64,000 nt of DNA. Origin: Gemmatimonadota bacterium (GTDB taxonomy: Bacteria > Gemmatimonadota > Gemmatimonadetes > Gemmatimonadales > GWC2-71-9). Position numbers and translations under genes: made by a program. The stretch is taken from contig JBGQFX010000002.1 of NCBI GenBank assembly GCA_041497135.1, positions 30,355 through 94,354 on the forward strand, read 5' to 3'. The notes beneath the pieces are model-generated. The model was given only the letters and a program-made list of their open reading frames with translations, searched no databases and was not told the origin of the DNA. Shown here piece after piece: positions 9,158 to 17,585 of the stretch; the first letter of the stretch is position 1, and each line of letters starts with the position of its first letter.

Positions 9158-10414
9158 CTATGCCGTGGCGCGGGTTGGGTCACGCGCGCCGGGGCTGGCG
9201 CGGCCGGGCGTCGCTTCATTTCCCCGTGCGGTTGGGGCAGATGCCCCAGGCCCGTCCGGGCACTCGCAGACCGCCTCGGCGATCTGGCGGTCGGGGACTC
9301 TCCAAACGAGGCTCCGGAGGAGCGCTCCGCGGAGCGAGCCATGCTCGTTGATGGCGTCGAGGAGCGACATGAGCAGCAACGCCCACCGCGGGGAACGGCG
9401 CGCCCGGCGAACCAGTGCATCCACCAGGCCCGGGCGGTAGAGCCAGTGCCGGATCAAACGCGCCCGGCGCATCTCCCCGGTGAAAGCCTTCCGTGCCGCC
9501 GCGGGATAGCGCTCGAAGCCGCGATTGGGTCGGAATGCTCGCACCGCCAGAGTCGCGGACCGGAGCGCGTAGTCGATGCCCTCGCCCGTCGCGGGATCGG
9601 CGAGCCCGGCTGCGTCGCCGAGCAGCGCGTAGTCCCGGGTCCCCAGATCGCGGAACCGGCCGGACGCCCATTCCGAGGTCGCGATCACTGCTCCCAGTTG
9701 CTCGACCGGCTGGTGTTCACCCACTTCGGCCAAGCGGTATTGCGCGATCGCTTCGTCCAGCGGCGTGCGCGCAAAGGTCCCCGGCGCCACGCCGATCCCT
9801 ACGGAGTGATGCCCAGGCCGCGGGAAGTCCCATAAGTATCCGTCCGCAGTACGGAGGAAGGCGAATACGGCCCGGCCGCTCACGCTCGGGAACTGCGGGT
9901 AGGCGACGCGCGTCGGCGCGAGCTCGGGTCGCAGACGGGGCGCGAGCGTGCCGCGCAGGCGGCTCGTGGCACCGTCAGCGGCGATCAGCCAATGGGCCCA
10001 GTGCTCACTTCCTCGAGAATCAGCGACGCACCAGCCGTCAGGATCTCGTTTGACAGTTTGGGCCGCGACGGGTAGGAACCGCGCCCCCGCTGCGCGCGCT
10101 CGCTCCAATCCCCAACGTGAAAGGGTGAGACGGCTCACCACCTCGTAAGGGTCCCGGATCGGAACGACGACACTCGCGCCGCTTGGAGCGACGACGAGGA
10201 GCTCACGGACGGTGATTGTTTGGGAAGCGAGTTCTCGCAGTTCTGGCGTATGACGCAGCGCGGCCGCTGTGAGCCCGCCACCGCACGGCTTCTCCCAGGG
10301 CGCCTTGGGGTCGAGCAGCAGGACGGAGGAGTACCCCTGCTTGGATAGGAGCTCGGCCACCCGACTTCCCGCTGGCCCAGCGCCGGCAACCAGGAAGTCC
10401 CAGGCGTGGCTCAT
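9158..10414 (-). CDS. FAD-dependent oxidoreductase, geranylgeranyl-reductase family
   Basis: 418 aa. DFLVAGAGPAGSRVA (GxGxxG), KPCGGGLT and ALLGDAAGLADPATGEGIDYAL. Confidence 0.85.
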   Translation of the reverse strand: MSHAWDFLVAGAGPAGSRVAELLSKQGYSSVLLLDPKAPWEKPCGGGLTAAALRHTPELRELASQTITVRELLVVAPSGASVVVPIRDPYEVVSRLTLSRWGLERARAAGARFLPVAAQTVKRDPDGWCVADSRGSEHWAHWLIAADGATSRLRGTLAPRLRPELAPTRVAYPQFPSVSGRAVFAFLRTADGYLWDFPRPGHHSVGIGVAPGTFARTPLDEAIAQYRLAEVGEHQPVEQLGAVIATSEWASGRFRDLGTRDYALLGDAAGLADPATGEGIDYALRSATLAVRAFRPNRGFERYPAAARKAFTGEMRRARLIRHWLYRPGLVDALVRRARRSPRWALLLMSLLDAINEHGSLRGALLRSLVWRVPDRQIAEAVCECPDGPGASAPTARGNEATPGRASPGARDPTRATA

Positions 10415-10415
10415 A

Positions 10416-10823
10416 CTACGGACGATGGTCCGCCGCGGCAGGCGGCCACGTCAGGGTACGTAAGGGAATGTCGGGCACATCGCGAATCGTGATTGCGAAG
10501 CTGGTCGGTCGCCCGCCCAGGCGAAAAATCACCTCGGTCTGGGCATGGTGGCGGTTCAACTGTCCCGCGCTAAGCGGGGCTATTTCCGTTCCAGCAACGA
10601 CGAGGCGAGCCTGCTCGCTCAGGTTCACCGTGCTGAGATCCACCGCGTGAGTGTTGGCTCGGACTTGAACAACGAGCACGGTGTCTCGCCACTGAGGCCA
10701 GAGCTGCAGCGTGACGCGACCGTTGCTGGTCTGTTTCACGAATCCGCTGTCCTGCGCATTCAACACGACGGGACCTGCGACTCCCGCCGCCCTGGCGAGA
10801 ACGAGCGCCAAGGCGATCCTCAT
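10416..10823 (-). CDS. secreted hypothetical protein (135 aa)
   Basis: Uses the internal ATG 10823 of the 301-aa track ORF, whose upstream part is a shadow frame. Signal-like MRIALALVLARAAGVAGPVVLNAQ, then a beta-rich domain. Its stop is 1 nt from the oxidoreductase start. Confidence 0.55.
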   Translation of the reverse strand: MRIALALVLARAAGVAGPVVLNAQDSGFVKQTSNGRVTLQLWPQWRDTVLVVQVRANTHAVDLSTVNLSEQARLVVAGTEIAPLSAGQLNRHHAQTEVIFRLGGRPTSFAITIRDVPDIPLRTLTWPPAAADHRP

Positions 10824-10892
10824 GATGTTGGAACGCACTACTGCCTCCCTTGCTGTCGGGGCCTGATGCTTGCGCCCGAATTGGTGAGGGGG

Positions 10893-10907
10893 GCAAGTTC
10901 CACGCCG
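10893..10907 (-). promoter_or_regulatory. weak candidate sigma54 promoter CGGCGTGGAACTTGC(C)
   Basis: The reverse strand has GG-N10-GC with TTGCc at -12, but the -24 box is only cGGCgt. It lies 70 nt upstream of ATG 10823, in the divergent region shared with the kinase gene. Confidence 0.25.
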
Positions 10908-11012
10908 AGCCTGGTGGCGACGCAAACGGCGGTAGTTCAAGGAGGTCGGGTCGATGGATGCAGCAGGTTCGGCGACGGGGCTACGGGTTGGCTCGCCCAG
11001 TGCGTGGGGTAA

Positions 11013-12809
11013 ATGCCCCGGAGTGGACGCGAGGTGTCCATGAAGTCGCGACTCCTCGGCACGCGTCTCCGGACGAAGTTGCTCGCTCTCCTGCTGGTCT
11101 TCGGCGTCCTGCCCCTCGCAGCGTCGATTGTCGTCGGCTATGCAGTGAGCCGTGCTGTCATCACCCGAGAGGCCGAGCGGGCGCTGCGCGAGCTCACGCG
11201 GCAGCGGGCGCTGCACCTTGGAGCGGAAGTAAATCGCGAGCGACTGCTGCTGCGCACGATCGCCGGACGATTGCAGCCGGCCCGCGCGCTCGGCCAGGCC
11301 CCACGCGATATCGCAGCACAAGACCTCATGCAGAGCCTGCCGGAGGACGGTGTGTTCGACGGCCTGCGGCTCGTCACATCAACGAGAGTAACTCTCGCGA
11401 CTGTCTCCTTGCGGGGCACAGTGCCTCACTGGCCGGACTCTGTCCCGGCTGCGGATTGGACGCAGGCACCCGTATTCGTGCATCGCGCAGGATCTCGAGT
11501 TGTGGCGTATCTAGTCGCCGTCCCTGCAGCCGGAGTGGGCGTGAGAGGATGGCTGGAGGGGCACGTGCAGGCGGAGGACTTCCGCCGTGTGTTCGGCCTG
11601 CCCGAACATCTCTTGTCCGGGATAGAGTCGGCGGTGTTCACGAAAACGGGCGAACCGGTCCTTATTGCGCATGAGCACGCCGCCAAGGACCTGGCAGCCG
11701 CTTTCGGGGTGCTGGAGGGCGATTCTGCGAAGGTTGTGCACGCCATGGTGGACGACACTCCGTCACTGGTTGTCGCTGCACCGATCGCGGCTACCGATTG
11801 GGTATTGACGTCTTTCCTGCCTGTGCAGGTTGCCGTGGCCCCGCTCGCACGGCTGCGCGACGCGGCGGTTGTCGGAGCCGGTGCGCTGGTCTTGTTGATC
11901 GTGCTCGCCGCCGTGTTCGCAGCACGATCCGTCACCACTCCCCTGAACGAGCTCGCCACGGCCGCGCGACACCTCGGCAGCGAGGGGACTTATGAGCCCG
12001 TTCATCGGCACGGCGCCGGCGAGGTTGGGCAGCTCGTAGTAGCCTTCAATCGCATGGCGGAGGACCTGGCCGAGTCGCGGAGGAGAATCGACCAGCTGCA
12101 CGCCGGGGAGATGGCGCGCGTGCAGCAGCTCGCAACCGTCGGCGAGCTGGCCAGCGGCGTCGCGCACGAGATCCGGAACCCAGTCACGGCGGTGCTCGGG
12201 GCCTTGGATCTTGCCATTCGGAGGCTGCCCGCCGGCGACTCGGCCCGTGCATTGCTCGATGAGGCACGACACCAGATCAAGCGCATCGAGGCGACCACAA
12301 GCCAGCTCCTGCGCTACGCGCGACCGCCGGAGCTGCGCGAAATCGTCGTCGATGCGAACCTGCTCGTGGATCGTGCGAGCCGGGTGGTGGAGGCCCAGGC
12401 GAGGAGCGCGGGGATCGTTTTGGAGATCGAATCGGTCGCCGGTCCCGTGCCAGTCAGCGTCGATCCGGAGCTCATGGTCCAGGTGCTGGTCAATCTCCTC
12501 TTGAACGGCGTCGACGCCGTTCGCGGCGGCGGACGGCTATCGGTGTGGGTGACGCGCCACGCTCCCGAGCTGTGGATCGGCGTGCGGGATACCGGCCCGG
12601 GTGTCCCGGCAGAGAAGCGAGCGGAGATCTTTAGGCCGTTCTATACGACGAAGCACCAGGGAACCGGCCTGGGTTTGTCGATCTCACAGCAGATCGTCAC
12701 GCAGCACGGCGGCACGCTGCGGGTCGAAGAGACGCCAGGGGGAGGAGCGACGTTCGTCGTCGCCCTGCCGCTCGCGGAGGAGAAAGGGGCGGGCCATGGT
12801 CACGCATGA
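11013..12809 (+). CDS. sensor histidine kinase (periplasmic sensor, HAMP, HisKA, HATPase)
   Basis: 598 aa; an alternative ATG is at 11040 (MKSRLLG...). Two TM helices flank a ~260-aa sensor region. H-box GVAHEIRNPVTAV, and G-boxes VRDTGPGV and GTGLGLSISQQIV. Confidence 0.9.
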   Translation: MPRSGREVSMKSRLLGTRLRTKLLALLLVFGVLPLAASIVVGYAVSRAVITREAERALRELTRQRALHLGAEVNRERLLLRTIAGRLQPARALGQAPRDIAAQDLMQSLPEDGVFDGLRLVTSTRVTLATVSLRGTVPHWPDSVPAADWTQAPVFVHRAGSRVVAYLVAVPAAGVGVRGWLEGHVQAEDFRRVFGLPEHLLSGIESAVFTKTGEPVLIAHEHAAKDLAAAFGVLEGDSAKVVHAMVDDTPSLVVAAPIAATDWVLTSFLPVQVAVAPLARLRDAAVVGAGALVLLIVLAAVFAARSVTTPLNELATAARHLGSEGTYEPVHRHGAGEVGQLVVAFNRMAEDLAESRRRIDQLHAGEMARVQQLATVGELASGVAHEIRNPVTAVLGALDLAIRRLPAGDSARALLDEARHQIKRIEATTSQLLRYARPPELREIVVDANLLVDRASRVVEAQARSAGIVLEIESVAGPVPVSVDPELMVQVLVNLLLNGVDAVRGGGRLSVWVTRHAPELWIGVRDTGPGVPAEKRAEIFRPFYTTKHQGTGLGLSISQQIVTQHGGTLRVEETPGGGATFVVALPLAEEKGAGHGHA

Positions 12810-14187
12810 GAGTCGCGTGCTGGTCGTGGACGACGAGAACCTGATTCGCGTCTGGCTAGAAACCCACCTGGGCGATGCCGGTCATCAGGTGACCGTGGCT
12901 GCGAGCGCCGAGGCCGCGCGCGCGGCGTTCCACGACCTGCCACCGGACGCCGCGGTCCTCGATCTCAAGCTGCCCGACGGCAGCGGCATGGACCTGCTGA
13001 AGGAGTTTTTGGAAGCCGATCCGGATCTGACGGCCATCATCCTCAGCGCCCACGGAGATATTGGCACGGCCGTGGGGGCGCTGAAACTCGGCGCCTATCA
13101 CTTCCTCGAGAAGCCGCCCCAGCTCGAGGAGCTCGTGAACGCCTTGGCGAAAGGTCTGGAAGTGCGGGCGCTGAAGCGCACGGTGTCTGGACTGCGGCGG
13201 CAGGCGGGATGGGAGTTCGCGGGCATCCAGGTGGTAGGCCGCTCCGCGGCCATGCAGCACATCGTGGATCTGGTCGGGAAGGTCGCCGTGAGCGACAGCA
13301 CCGTCCTACTGCGCGGGGAGAGCGGTGTCGGAAAGGAAGTCGTCGCTCAAACGATTCATGTGCGCAGCCTCAGGGCCGAGTTCCCCTTTCTGGAGATCAA
13401 TTGCACTGCCCTGCCCGAAACGCTCCTCGAGTCCGAGCTGTTCGGGCACGAGCGGGGGGCGTTCACGGATGCCCGCGAGCGCAAGCAGGGCTTATTGGAG
13501 CTCGCCGACCGCGGCACGGTGCTGCTCGACGAGATCGGCGATCTGCCGCCGGGCGCGCAGGCCAAGCTGCTCCGGTTCCTCGAAACGCGCACGTTGAAGC
13601 GGGTCGGCGGCGTCCGCGACATCAAGGTGGACGTGCGGATCATCGCGTCGACGAACAAAGATCTTGAGGCCGCCGTCCGCGACGGCTCGTTCCGGCGCGA
13701 CCTGTTCTACCGGCTCAACGTCGTGCCGATCGTCATCCCGCCGCTACGGGAGCGGGCCGAAGACGTGCGACCGCTGGCCGAGTATTTCGTCGCCAAGATG
13801 ACCGCGGCCTTGCGGCGCCCCGCCCGTCAGATCACGAAGGAGGCCATGGCGATGATGGAGCGGTATGCGTGGCCCGGTAACGTGCGTGAGGTGAAAAATG
13901 TCATCGAGCGAGCCATGATTCTCGAAGAGGGGGCCGAGATTCTCCCGGCGCACTTGCCCGACGAGTTGAAGCCTGGTGGGCGCGTATTGGATCTGGAGCC
14001 GGGCTTCAAGCTCCCGGCGGCGGGGATCAACCTCGAGGAACTCGAGAAGGATCTCATCCAGCAGGCCCTCGATCGCACCCAGGGCAACAAGACGCGGGCG
14101 GCCGAACTGCTCGGCCTCACGCGCGACACGCTGCGCTATCGGATCGAGAAGTACCAGGCTGTCACGCCCGACAAAGGAGCAGAGTAG
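12796..14187 (+). CDS. sigma54-dependent response regulator (NtrC/ZraR-type bEBP)
   Basis: 463 aa from ATG 12796, a 14-nt overlap with the kinase. Receiver VLVVDDE...DLKLPDG, AAA+ GESGVGKE, GAFTDA (GAFTGA-type sigma54 contact loop) and C-terminal Fis-type HTH GNKTRAAELLGLTRDTLRYRIEKY. Confidence 0.92.
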   Translation: MVTHESRVLVVDDENLIRVWLETHLGDAGHQVTVAASAEAARAAFHDLPPDAAVLDLKLPDGSGMDLLKEFLEADPDLTAIILSAHGDIGTAVGALKLGAYHFLEKPPQLEELVNALAKGLEVRALKRTVSGLRRQAGWEFAGIQVVGRSAAMQHIVDLVGKVAVSDSTVLLRGESGVGKEVVAQTIHVRSLRAEFPFLEINCTALPETLLESELFGHERGAFTDARERKQGLLELADRGTVLLDEIGDLPPGAQAKLLRFLETRTLKRVGGVRDIKVDVRIIASTNKDLEAAVRDGSFRRDLFYRLNVVPIVIPPLRERAEDVRPLAEYFVAKMTAALRRPARQITKEAMAMMERYAWPGNVREVKNVIERAMILEEGAEILPAHLPDELKPGGRVLDLEPGFKLPAAGINLEELEKDLIQQALDRTQGNKTRAAELLGLTRDTLRYRIEKYQAVTPDKGAE

Positions 14188-14199
14188 CGGCCGAGCGCG

Positions 14200-15018
14200 T
14201 CATAATCCCACTCGCCAACTCGCTCCGATGGAGAATTGCGGCGCCGTCTCGGTAAGGCCGATGTTCGCAAGGAATCCCCACATAACACTTCGGTTGCCCA
14301 CGTGCGTCACGCCGGCCCCGATGGACACCGGGGCTTGATATCCTCGCAGCGCCGCGGTGGCTCCGGTTAGGAACAGCGAGCCCGCCCAAGCCGTTGGAAA
14401 GAGACGGCTCACCGTCGCCGTCCCGAGGATGGGGTCCCGGAAATTCAATTGCGGCAGGTCGCCGAGGTGCCAGTAGGAAATGTCGAGACCCAGGAACACC
14501 TTCCCCGTGGAACGATGCGTGAGCGAGAGTGTTCCCCCCAAATCCCACTGCCCGGTGCCATAGGCCGTCGTATCAGTCACTGGGATCTTCGCAGCTGCGC
14601 TCAGCGTAACTCCGGTGCCCGTCTGATTCACGAGGCGCCAGCCGACCTGGAGGATCAGGTCCCCCGCGGCGGCACGATAGTGAGCCATGCCGGTCCCGCT
14701 GCCGCCCCCCATCATGCCACCTCCCATGCCGCCGCCACCCACGTTTCGGCCCGACCCGCCTCCGCTCGGCATCATCCCCGCCCCTAAGCCGGCGAGCAGC
14801 GAGGTGTTCTGGACGAACACGGGGAGCCCGGCGCGAAGTGTCAGCCGTCCCACGGTGTACGCAATCCCCGTCGCAATGGTCACGCTGGTCGTGCGTGTGG
14901 AGAAGATGTAGTTGCCAGTGGCGACTGACACGCCCCCCTCGTAGGCAACGCCCTGAGCAGCCAGAGATGACAGTGGTGCCAAGGTGGCAAACAGTAGAGT
15001 GAGACGGCTCGGCCTCAC
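14200..15018 (-). CDS. putative outer-membrane beta-barrel protein with Gly/Met-rich loop
   Basis: 272 aa. Signal peptide MRPSRLTLLFATLAPLSSLAAQG, alternating beta-strand pattern and aromatic C-terminal end (SWRVGL). Contains the insert GAGMMPSGGGSGRNVGGGGMGGGMMGGGSGTGM. Confidence 0.65.
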   Translation of the reverse strand: MRPSRLTLLFATLAPLSSLAAQGVAYEGGVSVATGNYIFSTRTTSVTIATGIAYTVGRLTLRAGLPVFVQNTSLLAGLGAGMMPSGGGSGRNVGGGGMGGGMMGGGSGTGMAHYRAAAGDLILQVGWRLVNQTGTGVTLSAAAKIPVTDTTAYGTGQWDLGGTLSLTHRSTGKVFLGLDISYWHLGDLPQLNFRDPILGTATVSRLFPTAWAGSLFLTGATAALRGYQAPVSIGAGVTHVGNRSVMWGFLANIGLTETAPQFSIGASWRVGL

Positions 15019-15416
15019 GGCTTGACGAGCTTCTGGAAGGCGTCGTGCGCCTGCTGCATGTCGCCGACAATCCGGCGCAGGTGATCCTGCAGTTGGTCGA
15101 TCTGGCGCATCCGTTCGGGAGCGTGCATCTGCGGATCGCGCTGCATTTCGTCCAGATGTTTGAGCATCCCCTGCAGGCGCTGCCCGGCTTCTTCCATTTG
15201 CTGGCCCATCTCCTGGAAGTGCTGCTGTGCGTGCTGCTGCATCATCTGCTGGTTCAACTGGCGCATGCCCTGCATCAGCTGATCCATCTGTGCCATCGTT
15301 TGCTGCATGTGCTGCATTCGCATTCCCTGATCGGGCTGCATCATCGGCTGCTGGCCGACGACGAGAGCCGGCGCCGCGATCAACGCGGCGGCGAGCGCGA
15401 GGGTCTGGCGGATCAT
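15015..15416 (-). CDS. periplasmic Met/Gln/His-rich helical protein (SilE/PcoE- or ZraP/CpxP-like metal-binding candidate)
   Basis: 133 aa from ATG 15416; the track ORF upstream part is a shadow frame. Signal MIRQTLALAAALIAAPALVVGQ. The protein has 19 Met and 31 Gln by my count (GMRMQHMQQTMAQMDQLMQGMRQLNQQMMQQHAQQH...). 4-nt overlap with the barrel gene. Confidence 0.65.
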   Translation of the reverse strand: MIRQTLALAAALIAAPALVVGQQPMMQPDQGMRMQHMQQTMAQMDQLMQGMRQLNQQMMQQHAQQHFQEMGQQMEEAGQRLQGMLKHLDEMQRDPQMHAPERMRQIDQLQDHLRRIVGDMQQAHDAFQKLVKP

Positions 15417-15708
15417 GAAGGGGGCTCCTTGTTTCGGTGCGGTTGATGGTTGGAATGGTGTGAGCGTACCAGGCGCGATATGAAAGGAAAGAGACGTAAG
15501 CATGAAAGCCGCTTTAGATTCACTCGATTTCCAGAGGCGCGACCGCAGGCCCTGGTCGTGCTCAGGTGCCTGCTTCCTACGACGCTCGGTTTTCGTCGGG
15601 CGTTTTGCCCCACTGACCGGGTGCATCGACGCTCGGCCGCCGTGACGCGGGACCTCACCGTCTCTGCCAACACATTATCCCGCAAACATCTGGCTTTCGC
15701 TCCGCGAT

Positions 15709-15723
15709 TGGCACGTGGCTTGC
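15709..15723 (+). promoter_or_regulatory. sigma54 promoter, perfect consensus TGGCACGTGGCTTGC(C)
   Basis: TGGCACG-N4-TTGC matches the -24/-12 consensus at every conserved position. It lies 73 nt upstream of ATG 15796 (GGGGAGG RBS at 15781-15787). A bEBP gene is 1.5 kb away. Confidence 0.75.
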
Positions 15724-15795
15724 CCTCCTAGGATGCCGGAATTCAACGGGTCAGACAACGTCACCTCGCACTACGAAAACGGGGAGGCAACAGCC

Positions 15796-16332
15796 ATGAA
15801 ACGCACAACGCTTGCAGTCTCGACGCTCGTACTGGCAGCCGGGCTTGCCGCGCGCGCGGTCGGCCAGGCAAACGAGCAGGTGGCTCGCGGGGCCACCGTT
15901 ACACAACGGTTTTGCACGAACCACAAGGCGATGCGGGACGCGCTATTCGTCAACTACGTCCACATCATCGGGGGGGGTGGGTTCTCCGCAGCGGCATCGC
16001 GCTTTTCGCACGTTGTGCCTCGGCCAGCAAACGACCGGGAAGCCATCAGCCGACTCGGCAAAGTGCATGGCCGCCTGATGCTGGCGCTGCGTGGGGAGAA
16101 GCGGGAGCGTTTCATCCCGGTGTCGATGGGCAAACCCGGTCAGACGCCAACCGTCCGGCCGGCACCCGCTCCCAGCCCAGAGCTCGTTCAGGCGAGCCTT
16201 GCGAACCTGAACTCGCTCTGCGACCTGCATAGCATGTTGCATCAGACGTTCGCGGCGGGGAAGCCGACGGATATCCGGTCGTTGCGCGCCCAGATTGAAG
16301 CCGCGGGGCCGAGCTGCCCGCACGGAGCCTAG
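15796..16332 (+). CDS. secreted hypothetical protein (178 aa), target of the consensus sigma54 promoter
   Basis: ATG 15796 with a good RBS. Signal MKRTTLAVSTLVLAAGLAARAVGQA. Mostly helical with three Cys (RFCTNH, LNSLCDLH, GPSCPH). I recognise no family. Confidence 0.6.
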   Translation: MKRTTLAVSTLVLAAGLAARAVGQANEQVARGATVTQRFCTNHKAMRDALFVNYVHIIGGGGFSAAASRFSHVVPRPANDREAISRLGKVHGRLMLALRGEKRERFIPVSMGKPGQTPTVRPAPAPSPELVQASLANLNSLCDLHSMLHQTFAAGKPTDIRSLRAQIEAAGPSCPHGA

Positions 16333-17124
16333 GACCACAGAGTTTCCGGTTTGGCGACGGGGCCGGGGAGCAACCTCGGCCCCGTCTGTGTCGGCGCTGG
16401 CTCCATCGGTTGCCGCGCCAGCGCATCCGCCAGCAACGCGGTCGAGATCGCGCCACGGGCCGTCTCGTGCCCATCGCGGTCGGCAACATCGACCGCCACG
16501 ACATGAATCGCGCCGAGGTGGTGGCACGCATTCACCGGGACCGGCTCGGCCCAGCCGCCGTCGACGAGAACGTGATCACCGACGTGGAACGGCTCGAACA
16601 GGCCGGGGATGGTGGACGACGCGTACACGCCATCCACGAGCGAACCCTCGGCGAAGATCACCCGGCGGCCCGAGACCAGATCCAGGGCCGTGGTGGCAAA
16701 GGGAAGACGGGTGTCGGCGAACGTGGCCTCTCCGAGCAGCCGACGCAGTGAGTCGCGCATCGCCGTCGCCCCCCAATGAGCCCACCGCCGGGCCGGGCGG
16801 CACGCCGCAGACTGCCCAGCATGCCGAGAAATCCGGTCGGGCGACGCGCGTTGGACGCCGCGAGCGCCTCGAACGTCTCCGTGTGGAACCCCACGCCGGT
16901 CGTCGCCAGGTGAGCGAGAATGCGCTCCTCTGTGCTTGCAGGGCCGTCTCGGACGTCGCGTAGACGGCTCCAATGACGGCCCCGGCGCTGGTTCCCGAGA
17001 CGTAGGACACGGGGATCCTCGCTCGGTCAAGCACCTTCAGCACCCCGAGTTGTGCCATCCCCCCTGCGCCCCCGCCCGAAAGGGCGATTCCCAGCTCGCC
17101 GCTGGCGAGCCAGAAGCATGCCAT
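16329..17124 (-). pseudogene. patatin-like phospholipase interrupted by two 1-nt frameshifts
   Basis: ATG 17124 has an AAGGGGG RBS. Frame A gives GIALSGGGAGGMAQLGVLKVL...YVSGTSAGAVIGAVYATS (oxyanion GGGxxG and GxSxG). A second frame gives ERILAHLATTGVGFHTETFEALAASNARRPTGFLGMLGSLRRAARPGGGLIGG. A third gives AMRDSLRRLLGEATFADTRLPFATTALDLVSGRRVIFAEGSLVDGVYASSTIPGLFEPFHVGDHVLVDGGW (catalytic DGG). The switches lie near 16925 and near 16765-16775 (a C6 run). The total length of 796 nt is not a multiple of 3. Confidence 0.6.
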
Positions 17125-17135
17125 GGGATACCCCC

Positions 17136-17585
17136 TTACATCGTGTGACCCGCGCCCTCGCGCAGCGCCAGAAACCGCACGACGCGCGCCCGATGCTCGG
17201 ACATGAACGCCGGTAGCTCCACGGTCGCAAGCTGCGACAGATGTGTGAGGTCCTGCCGCAGCTCTGCCGCGATCGGGCGCCACGTCGTATCGCCGGGTTG
17301 CTGCATCCCGCTCGTCCGGCCCACGCAGCGCGAGAGGAGGGTCTCCACCTTCCGGCGGTGAACGGGGATGAGCGCCGGCAGGCTATCGCCGCCCGCCGCG
17401 TCCAGCCGCCGCAGGTGCGCGCGCATGTCCGTCATCGCGTCCCCACAGGCGCGGTCCGCCTGTCGCATCCGATGCCCCATCATCATCCCGGCGCCCATCC
17501 CGCCCATCATCACTGCATGGACACAGCCCCCAAGCGGCAGCCCCAATACCACTGCAGCCAGGAATCGGATAGTCACGTTAGACAT
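17136..17585 (-). CDS. Met-rich lipoprotein (149 aa)
   Basis: ATG 17585. Lipobox LPLGGC followed by VHAVMMGGMGAGMMMGHRM. 8-nt overlap with the upstream gene. Confidence 0.6.
   Translation of the reverse strand: MSNVTIRFLAAVVLGLPLGGCVHAVMMGGMGAGMMMGHRMRQADRACGDAMTDMRAHLRRLDAAGGDSLPALIPVHRRKVETLLSRCVGRTSGMQQPGDTTWRPIAAELRQDLTHLSQLATVELPAFMSEHRARVVRFLALREGAGHTM

Noticed and set aside
10826-10842. TTGGAACGCACTACTGC as a plus-strand sigma54 promoter for the kinase gene
   Set aside because: The GG-to-GC spacing is one nucleotide too long and the -12 box is ACTGC rather than TTGC.
15417-15708. Search for a sigma54 promoter driving the Met/Gln-rich protein / barrel operon
   Set aside because: I checked every GC...CC combination on the reverse strand. 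None had the correct GG-N10-GC spacing with a TTGC-like -12 box (the best was TGGTACGCTCACACC). This operon's promoter remains unassigned.
15450-15731. 93-aa ORF in the 380-nt divergent intergenic region
   Set aside because: Arg-rich with no RBS or start context. It spans the sigma54 promoter and the candidate enhancer repeats, so the region is better explained as regulatory DNA.
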